A DNA stretch of 64,000 nucleotides from an uncultured Parcubacteria group bacterium. GTDB lineage: Bacteria; Patescibacteriota; Patescibacteriia; UBA9934; CAMTUG01. The first letter of the stretch is position 1. The number at the start of each line of letters is the position of its first letter. Both the position numbers and the translations under genes were made by a program. The notes beneath the pieces are model-generated. The model had not been told where the DNA came from, ran no database searches, and saw only the letters and a program-made list of their open reading frames with translations. This document shows, one piece after another, positions 1 to 6,550 of the stretch. The stretch is taken from positions 276,206-340,205 of the forward strand of contig CAMTUG010000001.1 of the NCBI GenBank assembly GCA_947084965.1, written 5' to 3'.

Positions 1-907
1 AAAGATCAAGAAGCACGCCTTTCACCTGTTGATCTTTTCGATCCTTCTCCTGATCCTAGTTTTTATCCCAGGGATCGGATCGAGCTTTGGAACTTCGCAT
101 AGCTGGATTACGCTTGGCGGACTGTTTTCGATTCAGCCGGCCGAGATCGTCAAGCTGACCTTTTTGTTTTATCTCGCGGCCTGGCTGGAAAAGCGCGGCG
201 GGGTTGTCAAAGATCTGGATGGACTGATGCCGTTTCTGATCGCCCTTGGATCGGTGCTTTTTCTGATCGCCCTTCAGCCAGATACCGGCACCATGGCGGT
301 GATCGCGGGGATGTCGTTCATCGTCTACTTTGTCGCCGGCGCTCCGATTCTTCATTTGGCTGGACTTGGAGGGATTGGGGCGGTCTTTTTGCTCATCCTC
401 ATTAAATCATCGACCTATCGCGCCGAACGATTCATGGCTTTTTTACACCCCGAGCTTGATCCCCAGGGGATCGGGTATCATATTAACCAGGCACTTCTGG
501 CGATTGGCTCTGGTGGGTTATTCGGTTTGGGCTACGGCTTGTCGCGTCAAAAGTTCGAGTACCTGCCGGAAGTCGTCGGAGACTCGATCTTTGCAGTGAT
601 CGCTGAAGAGATGGGATTCGTGATCGCCGCCGGTTTGGTCGTTCTCTTCGTCGCCTTTTTGTGGCGCGGCATGAAAATCGCCAAAGCAGCGCCCGACGCT
701 TTTGGGAAATATTTGGTCGTCGGGGTTGTTTCGTGGATTACGATTCAGGCCTTTGTGAACATCGGTTCGATGACCTCGATCATGCCGATGACCGGAGTGA
801 CGCTGCCATTCGTCAGCTACGGCGGAACGTCGCTCGTAGTGTGTATGTCGGCGGTCGGGGTGGTGCTTAGTGTGTCACGTGGAAACTATGGGAATGCAAA
901 ATCCTAA
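1..907 (+). CDS. ftsW: SEDS-family peptidoglycan polymerase FtsW/RodA, 5'-truncated by the window edge
   Basis: The frame is open from base 2 to TAA at 905-907. The product is a polytopic membrane protein with the C-terminal SEDS-like 'MPMTGVTLPFVSYGGTSL'. It lies directly upstream of murG. Confidence 0.85.
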   Translation, partial: KIKKHAFHLLIFSILLLILVFIPGIGSSFGTSHSWITLGGLFSIQPAEIVKLTFLFYLAAWLEKRGGVVKDLDGLMPFLIALGSVLFLIALQPDTGTMAVIAGMSFIVYFVAGAPILHLAGLGGIGAVFLLILIKSSTYRAERFMAFLHPELDPQGIGYHINQALLAIGSGGLFGLGYGLSRQKFEYLPEVVGDSIFAVIAEEMGFVIAAGLVVLFVAFLWRGMKIAKAAPDAFGKYLVVGVVSWITIQAFVNIGSMTSIMPMTGVTLPFVSYGGTSLVVCMSAVGVVLSVSRGNYGNAKS

Positions 908-1018
908 ATACGAAACACGAAACACGAAACAATCGGAAAGTTCGAATAGGAAATGTTTGAATATTTTTGATTTACGATTTGATTTTGTTTCGTATTTCGT
1001 ATTTCGTATTTCGTATTT
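906..1018. repeat. AT-rich heptad-repeat hairpin (family A/B) filling the ftsW-murG junction
   Basis: The 5' arm 'aaatacgaaacacgaaacacgaaaca' (906-931) is near-complementary to the 3' arm 'tgtttcgtatttcgtatttcgtatttcgtattt' (986-1018). Both arms are tandem 7-mers. The element ends one base before the murG ATG. Confidence 0.7.
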
Positions 1019-2098
1019 ATGAAAGTCATGCTCACAGGCGGAGGAACGCTCGGTCCGGTGACGCCGCTTTTGGCGATCGCCGAAGTCTGGCGTCGGGAAG
1101 ATATCCGTGCGGAGTTTGTCTGGATCGGCACACCTGGCGGACCGGAACGGAGCGTTGTCGAAGCGGCCGGGATCCCATTTCATCCTTTGTTTGTTCCTAA
1201 GCTTGATCGTTATGCTCCCGGGAAGTGGGTGTTCATTCCCTTTCGGTTGCTTTGGTCGATGAAGATGGCCCTGCACCTGATTCAACGCGAGCGGCCGGAT
1301 GTGGTGGTGACGGCTGGGGGGTATGTCAGCGTTCCGCTCCTGTGGGCCGCCAAGCTGTACGGCATCCCAACCTGGGTGCATCAGCAAGATGTGCGCGCCG
1401 GACTTGCCAATAAACTCATGGCGCCGTTTGCGACCAAGATTTCCGTCGCTTGGACGCGGTCGCTGCACGCGTTTGATGAGAAAAAGACGATCCATATCGG
1501 GAATCCGGTACGGGATTCTGTTTTGCACGGATCGCAGCAACGCGGGGCGGAGCGATTCGGATTTGATCTGTCGCGTCCAACGGTTCTGGTTTTTGGTGGT
1601 GGCACGGGCGCGGCCTGGATCAATCACGCGATCGCTCAGGTCGTTCCTGAATTGTGTATGACCGCGAATGTTCTGCATATCACCGGGCGAGGGAAGTTGA
1701 CGTCGGTCGAGCCTCGACCAAACTATCAGGCCGTAGAGTTACTCACGACCGAGATGCCGGATGCGCTCGCTCTCGCCGATCTGGTCGTCTGTCGTGCTGG
1801 CATGGCCACGATTTCCGAACTTGCCGCATTAGCCAAACCGGCGATGGTGATTCCGATCCCAGATTCGCACCAAGAAGATAACACCGCCGCCCTAGAAGAA
1901 CTCAGTGCTGCGGTGATTGTTCACCAGGCGCAGACAACGCCGCAGATGCTCTTGCAGCACATCCTTGGTTTTCTTGAGAATCCAGAAGAACGACGTAAGC
2001 TCGGTGCGCGACTGCACGCCGCGTTACCAACCACGGACGTTGCCCTCAAACTGGCGCATCATTTGGAAGCTATGGTAAAACAAGGATCCTCCCGCTAA
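1019..2098 (+). CDS. murG: UDP-GlcNAc:lipid I GlcNAc transferase MurG
   Basis: 359 aa. N-terminal 'GGGTLGPVTP' G-loop and C-terminal 'CRAGMATISELAALAKPAMVIP', typical of MurG (GT28). dcw-type context. Confidence 0.9.
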   Translation: MKVMLTGGGTLGPVTPLLAIAEVWRREDIRAEFVWIGTPGGPERSVVEAAGIPFHPLFVPKLDRYAPGKWVFIPFRLLWSMKMALHLIQRERPDVVVTAGGYVSVPLLWAAKLYGIPTWVHQQDVRAGLANKLMAPFATKISVAWTRSLHAFDEKKTIHIGNPVRDSVLHGSQQRGAERFGFDLSRPTVLVFGGGTGAAWINHAIAQVVPELCMTANVLHITGRGKLTSVEPRPNYQAVELLTTEMPDALALADLVVCRAGMATISELAALAKPAMVIPIPDSHQEDNTAALEELSAAVIVHQAQTTPQMLLQHILGFLENPEERRKLGARLHAALPTTDVALKLAHHLEAMVKQGSSR

Positions 2099-2154
2099 CC
2101 AGAAAAGCTCCCCATAAACATGAGAAGCTTTTCTGGTGCGCTGGGCGGGGATCG
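2091..2154. repeat. Direct repeat copy 1 (64 nt): murG stop, hairpin, and CCA plus the last 18 nt of tRNA-Lys
   Basis: Read base by base, it is identical to 2265-2328 ('cccgctaaccagaaaagctccccataaacatgagaagcttttctggtgcgctgggcggggatcg'). Confidence 0.9.
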
Positions 2155-2264
2155 TCCGTCGTGAGCCTCCCCATAGGGGCTTCCGCCCCTCTGGTCGTCG
2201 CTTCGCTCCTGTCACCCCCGGCATGTAAGGGGAGTGCCTCCCCTTACCATCCCCTCGTCCGATC

Positions 2265-2328
2265 CCCGCTAACCAGAAAAGCTCCCCATAAACATGAGAA
2301 GCTTTTCTGGTGCGCTGGGCGGGGATCG
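2265..2328. repeat. Direct repeat copy 2 (64 nt), overlapping the 3' end of the intact tRNA-Lys
   Basis: Perfect copy of 2091-2154, offset by 174 bp. It continues into the complete tRNA-Lys on the minus strand. Confidence 0.9.
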
Positions 2329-2382
2329 GACCCGCGACCTTGGGCTTAAAAGGCCCCTGCTCTACCACTGAGCTACCAGCGC
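2308..2382 (-). tRNA. tRNA-Lys (anticodon UUU), CCA encoded
   Basis: The reverse complement reads GCGCTGG-TA-GCTC-AGTGGTA-GAGC-A-GGGGC-CTTTTAA-GCCCA-AGGTC-GCGGG-TCCGATC-CCCGC-CCAGCGC-A-CCA. This folds as a cloverleaf with one A/G mismatch at the base of the anticodon stem. Confidence 0.85.
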
Positions 2383-2433
2383 ATGCGCCCGAGATTATCA
2401 GAAAATAATGTGATTGGCAAGTGAAAGACCTCT

Positions 2434-3114
2434 ATGGGACTCAAGCATTTAGCAATGATCCTGGACGGCAACCGTCGGTGGGCAAAATCTAAGGGCTTAC
2501 CGACGCTCGAAGGCCATCGCCGCGGGTACGATAATGTGAAGACGATCGGGCTCGCTGCCCTCGAACGTGGGGTTGAGCAGTTCACTGTTTTTGCCTTTTC
2601 CACGGAAAACTGGAAGCGCTCCGAAGAGGAGGTTGGTTATTTGATGGATCTGTTGCACCACGCCCTCACGGCCGAAGTTGATTTTTACATGAAGCACAAC
2701 GTGCGCTTACGCGTGGTCGGTCGGCGCGAAGGATTGTCGGAAAAGATGATCACGGCGATTGGTGCGGCAGAGGCAAAGACGGCAGGGAACACGGCAGGAC
2801 AGATCAATTTGTGTATCAATTACGGCGGGCGGCCAGAGATCGTCGATGCGGTCAAGGCGCTCGTGGCCGACGGGGTTAAGCCAGAGGACGTGACCGAGGA
2901 TTTGCTCGCTTCGAAGATGTGGATGGCCGGGATCCCGGACCCTGATCTGATCGTGCGTACTTCGGGTGAACAGCGTCTGTCTGGGTTTCTCACGTGGTCA
3001 GGGGTGTACAGCGAACTATTATTTGTAGATAAACACTGGCCGGATTTTTCCGTTGAAGATTTAGATGCTGCGCTTGCCGAGTTTGATCAGCGTGGACGAA
3101 GGTTTGGCAAGTAA
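2434..3114 (+). CDS. uppS: Undecaprenyl-diphosphate synthase (cis-prenyltransferase)
   Basis: 226 aa with the 'ILDGNRRWAK' and 'RTSGEQRLSGFLTWS' motifs. Confidence 0.9.
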   Translation: MGLKHLAMILDGNRRWAKSKGLPTLEGHRRGYDNVKTIGLAALERGVEQFTVFAFSTENWKRSEEEVGYLMDLLHHALTAEVDFYMKHNVRLRVVGRREGLSEKMITAIGAAEAKTAGNTAGQINLCINYGGRPEIVDAVKALVADGVKPEDVTEDLLASKMWMAGIPDPDLIVRTSGEQRLSGFLTWSGVYSELLFVDKHWPDFSVEDLDAALAEFDQRGRRFGK

Positions 3115-3120
3115 GGGGAC

Positions 3121-3149
3121 TTGTCAGTGCCAGTTGCTTTTGATACGTT
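3121..3149 (+). promoter_or_regulatory. Sigma70-like promoter for the zinc-finger ORF
   Basis: TTGTCA (3121-3126), a 17-nt spacer, then TACGTT (3144-3149). AAAGGAG at 3161-3167 precedes ATG 3172. Confidence 0.45.
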
Positions 3150-3171
3150 CCTGCCGTCCCAAAGGAGTCCC

Positions 3172-3741
3172 ATGCCCCCTCGTTCTTCCGCCCCCGCCGG
3201 TCTCTCCTGCTCCTTCTGCACCAAGGCCGCCAACACCCCTGAGGTGAAGAAGGTCATCGCCGGCGTAAACGTCTACATCTGTGACGTCTGCGTCAAGGGG
3301 ATGGTCGCGCTCGTCGTTGTCCAACGTCCGGCTGACGCATCCTACCTCCTGCGTCGGCCCGAGCTCGATCTGCGCACCTTCACCATGACCGTCACGGGGT
3401 CGACGACGCTCGGTGACGTGCTCGGCTGGTACCTGCGTGTCTACCGTACGTTCCCTCACCTCCCCAAGGAGACCGGGACGGTCATCACGAGTGCTGCCTG
3501 CCGATTCTGCAGCCGGGTCGACCAGGTCGTGATCAGCCGCCTCGCGGCCAACATCTGCCTCGACTGCCTGCGGGACGTCGCCAAGATCCTGCTCAAGGAC
3601 GACCCTGCGCCGTCCTACCTGGTGCGTGATGCGGTGCTCGACTTGTGCCCGTTCGCCACCCTCCGCCTCGACGTGGATGAGCCGCACACCATCGGCGATG
3701 TTCTCAACGCCTACACGACCGCATCTCCGCCGCTGAACTGA
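3172..3741 (+). CDS. Two-module protein with tandem ClpX-type C4 zinc fingers (orphan, GC3-rich)
   Basis: The motifs 'CSFC...YICDVC' and 'CRFC...NICLDC' are each followed by a related module ('LDLRTFTMTV..TLGDVLGWY' and 'LDLCPFATLRL..TIGDVLNAY'). Hand counts give 42/60 G+C in the first 60 nt and 25/30 G/C at codon position 3. AAAGGAG lies upstream. The track start at 3121 falls inside the putative promoter, so ATG 3172 is preferred. Confidence 0.7.
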   Translation: MPPRSSAPAGLSCSFCTKAANTPEVKKVIAGVNVYICDVCVKGMVALVVVQRPADASYLLRRPELDLRTFTMTVTGSTTLGDVLGWYLRVYRTFPHLPKETGTVITSAACRFCSRVDQVVISRLAANICLDCLRDVAKILLKDDPAPSYLVRDAVLDLCPFATLRLDVDEPHTIGDVLNAYTTASPPLN

Positions 3742-3778
3742 TCTTCGGCAGCTCACCTCGGCCGCCGATCTATACGGA

Positions 3779-3860
3779 ACGCCGCTCGGAATACTCCCGG
3801 GCGGCGTCTGAACTTAATTGAATTTCAAACCGCGCTCGTCCAGGACGGAGAGCGCGGATT
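3779..3860. terminator. Two GC-rich hairpins between convergent genes
   Basis: The first hairpin is 'acgccgctcgg-aatact-cccgggcggcgt'. The second is 'ccgcgctc-gtccaggacgg-gagcgcgg', which is followed by TTT on the minus strand. Confidence 0.55.
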
Positions 3861-3863
3861 TGA

Positions 3864-5048
3864 TTACGGTCGTTCCTTGGGGCGGAGGAAGTAGAGGACG
3901 ATCGCGAGAATGACGAGCAGTCCGCCGGAAGCGAGCCAGACGTCAGCGATGTTCGCCGGCGTGTCCTCGCGGCCGGACATGTAGAAGGCGAGTGAGAAGA
4001 GGACGATCGCGGCGCCGATCTCTTCCATCAGCGACTGCAACGATCCGAACGTCGAGCGGTATTCGCTCGTAACGTGGTGGTTGGTGTAGCTGTCGAGGAG
4101 CGGTCGGAACGCCCCGCGGCCGACTTCGTGCACCACGCCCATCACGAGGACCAGTCCAAGCCCAGGAACTTGCCCGATGAGCGCCAGGCCAACCCCAGCG
4201 ACGACGAGGGCGATCATCACGGCTTTGGCTTCGGCCCCTGAAGCGATCTTCGCTTTGCGAATGATCATCCCGGCGATGAAGAGCGCCAGATAGAGCGGGC
4301 TCCAGATCAGTCCGAGCTGGCTGGTGGCCACAAACTGCTCGAAGTACTTCGGCCAGTAGTGGTTGAACGCCACGACCAGACCGCTCACCATCCCTACCGC
4401 CACGGCCCAGCGCAGCGCCGAGCTGTTGCGCAGGGCATTGACGCTCCGCTTGAGCGCCTCTTTCTCGCTGACCTTTTCGTGGGCCAGTACTTCGCCGTCG
4501 CCGTTCATGTAGCGGGTGACGACAAAGAGTCCGACGAGAGCAAAGAACGCACTAGCGATCCACGGCCACCGAAGGCCGAAGGTCGATCCGATCCACGAGC
4601 CAAAGATCGCCGCCGGTGCGGCCAGCAATCCTTTGACGATCGCGGCGTTGGCGAACGTCTGCCCCTTTTCGTTTTCGCGATTGTGCAACTTCAAGGCGTC
4701 GACGATCCAGGCCTGCTGAATCCCCGAGAGGAAGGTGAAGGCCAAACCGTTGACCACTTCGGCCGCCAGCGCCCACCAGACGTTCTCTGCCAGGAAGTAG
4801 ATCGCGTTGCCCAGAGCGAAGATCAGGAAGCCGATGCGCAAGGACCAGGCGCGGGAGCGGGCGTCGGCCCACATCCCGGTCGGGACTTCGAAGAGGATGA
4901 TCGCCACCCAGAACCAACCGTTGACCATCGAAACCTGGCTCAAGGTGAGCCCGATCGAGGTGAGGAACGGAACGTAGGTCGCCGTGGTGACCATGAACAT
5001 CAGGCCCAGGGCGGCGGAGAAGAGGATGTAGGCGCGGGAAGGGGACAT
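3864..5048 (-). CDS. MFS-type transporter (GC3-rich)
   Basis: 394 aa, hydrophobic, with roughly 12 TM segments of MFS type. 28/30 G/C at codon position 3 in the first 30 codons. GGAGG lies just upstream of the ATG. Confidence 0.8.
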   Translation of the reverse strand: MSPSRAYILFSAALGLMFMVTTATYVPFLTSIGLTLSQVSMVNGWFWVAIILFEVPTGMWADARSRAWSLRIGFLIFALGNAIYFLAENVWWALAAEVVNGLAFTFLSGIQQAWIVDALKLHNRENEKGQTFANAAIVKGLLAAPAAIFGSWIGSTFGLRWPWIASAFFALVGLFVVTRYMNGDGEVLAHEKVSEKEALKRSVNALRNSSALRWAVAVGMVSGLVVAFNHYWPKYFEQFVATSQLGLIWSPLYLALFIAGMIIRKAKIASGAEAKAVMIALVVAGVGLALIGQVPGLGLVLVMGVVHEVGRGAFRPLLDSYTNHHVTSEYRSTFGSLQSLMEEIGAAIVLFSLAFYMSGREDTPANIADVWLASGGLLVILAIVLYFLRPKERP

Positions 5049-5065
5049 AGAGCCTCCGGAGAGTC

Positions 5066-5103
5066 AAAAAAAGAACACGACCCGGGATGATTCCCAGGTC
5101 GTG
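5066..5103 (-). promoter_or_regulatory. Intrinsic-terminator-like hairpin inside the 5' leader of the MFS gene (candidate attenuator or riboswitch expression platform)
   Basis: The minus strand reads 'cacgacctggg-aatcat-cccgggtcgtg' followed by 'ttcttttttt'. GGAGG and the ATG follow about 10 nt later. Confidence 0.4.
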
Positions 5104-5311
5104 CGAGGACTCATTATGCAAAAAATCATGCAATCAGTGCTCGACCACCTGAGAAATACAACGCTTTCGGCATATCGCAGCCGACGAACGCGCGTCCGGT
5201 AATGTGGAGAGACTGATAATTCATACTGTTTTTAGTAGACAGGACTTTGTGAGTGATGTCAAGTGACGGAGTCTATATAAAAGCCAGCGGTTACGGTAAA
5301 CTGTCCCCAGT

Positions 5312-6424
5312 ATGAAAATCGCCTTTATTGGGCAGAAAGCAATGGGAGTTGGAGGGCGAGGGGGTGGCATTGAACGGCATGTGACCGAAATTGCTACGCG
5401 GTTGGTTCGGCGCGGGCACGAAGTAACGGTCTATGCACGCAAGCTGTACATGCCAGACAAGGTGCGTGAATTTCGTGGGGTGAGGATTGTGTATGTGCCG
5501 ACGATCTACACCAAAAATTTTGAAGCGATCATTCACACATTTTTTTCAACGCTCCACGCCCTGTTTAAAAATTTTGATGTCTATCACTATCACGGCGTCG
5601 GTCCGGCAACGCTTGCTTGGATGCCGCGGCTTTTTCGTCCTCACGCTCGGGTGGTCGTCACCTTTCATTCGCAAGATCGTTTTCACAAAAAGTGGGGATG
5701 GTTCGCACGGAACTATCTGCACTTCGGCGAATGGGCCAGTGTCTGGTTTCCGCACGCTTGCATCGCGGTGTCTCATGTGATTCAGGTTTATGCGCGTAAT
5801 GTGTATAAACGCCAGGTGATTTACATTCCAAACGGTGCAGATGTGCAGAGCGTTTCGTCTGATCGTGAACTGGAAACGTTCGGCCTGACCAAAGGCGAAT
5901 ACATCGTCAACGTTGGGCGCATCGTGCCGCAGAAAGGACTGCAGTATCTCCTTGCGGCGTATCAAAAACTCGAGACGCAGAAAAAGCTTGTGATTGTCGG
6001 GACTCCAAGTTTTTCTGAACGCTACGCCGATGAATTAAAACGGATGGCGGCAGGAAATCCGAACATCCTTTTTGTTGGACATCAAGTTGGGGAAGCATTG
6101 CGACAGCTTTACGGCCATGCGTATCTTTTCGTGCAGCCGTCTGAATCAGAAGGCCTTTCGATCGTCGTGTTAGAAGCGATGAGCTACGGCCTTGCTCCTT
6201 TGGTTAGCGACATCCCGGAAAATCTTGAAGCGATTAAGAATACGGGATTCACCTTTAGTAATCGTGACGCGGATGATTTAGCGATGCGGTTGCGACAGCT
6301 CCTGCAGCATCCTGAATTGGTTGTTGAGATGGGCGTCAAGGCGCGCGAGCTGGTGCGCACCGATTTTAATTGGGATGTTATTGCGGATCGCACGGAAGGG
6401 ATTTATGTTTCGATTCGGCATTAG
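5312..6424 (+). CDS. GT-B glycosyltransferase (family 4-like)
   Basis: 370 aa. N-terminal 'KIAFIGQKAMGVGGRGGGIERHV' and the C-terminal 'PSESEGLSIVVLEAMSYGLAPLVSD' EX7E-type motif. Confidence 0.8.
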   Translation: MKIAFIGQKAMGVGGRGGGIERHVTEIATRLVRRGHEVTVYARKLYMPDKVREFRGVRIVYVPTIYTKNFEAIIHTFFSTLHALFKNFDVYHYHGVGPATLAWMPRLFRPHARVVVTFHSQDRFHKKWGWFARNYLHFGEWASVWFPHACIAVSHVIQVYARNVYKRQVIYIPNGADVQSVSSDRELETFGLTKGEYIVNVGRIVPQKGLQYLLAAYQKLETQKKLVIVGTPSFSERYADELKRMAAGNPNILFVGHQVGEALRQLYGHAYLFVQPSESEGLSIVVLEAMSYGLAPLVSDIPENLEAIKNTGFTFSNRDADDLAMRLRQLLQHPELVVEMGVKARELVRTDFNWDVIADRTEGIYVSIRH

Positions 6425-6550
6425 TATGAAAATACGAAATCCGGAAATCGAAATTCGAAACAAATCAGAATCGGAAAGGGAAAATTTCAAACCTTTCACT
6501 TTTTTCTCTTTTCCGATCGTTTCGAATTTCGATATTTGAATTTCGAATAT
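6425..6550. repeat. AT-rich hairpin (family A/B) filling the GT4-ATPase junction
   Basis: 'atcgaaattcgaaac' (6447-6461) pairs perfectly with 'gtttcgaatttcgat' (6519-6533). 'atcggaaag' pairs with 'ttttccgat'. It shares 'aaatacgaaa' and 'aatcggaaag' with the element at 906-1018 and ends at the ATG of the next gene. Confidence 0.7.

Noticed and set aside
906-1018. Tandem 7-mers ('acgaaac', 'ttcgtat') considered as a possible CRISPR or satellite array.
   Set aside because: The repeat unit is 7 nt with no spacers, and the two blocks are mutually complementary. It is a hairpin, not a CRISPR array.
875-1678. A 267-aa minus-strand ORF antisense to murG that runs through the 906-1018 repeat.
   Set aside because: It is a shadow of murG. 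Its N-terminal part is just a translation of the heptad repeat.
3124-5133. Long alternative-frame ORFs in the first GC-rich island (3124-3756 minus, 4359-5090 plus, 4552-5133 minus, 4516-4719 plus).
   Set aside because: Their Arg/Gly/Pro-rich products are typical of off-frame translation of GC-rich DNA. The chosen frames have far higher G/C at position 3 and recognisable domains (ClpX zinc finger, MFS).
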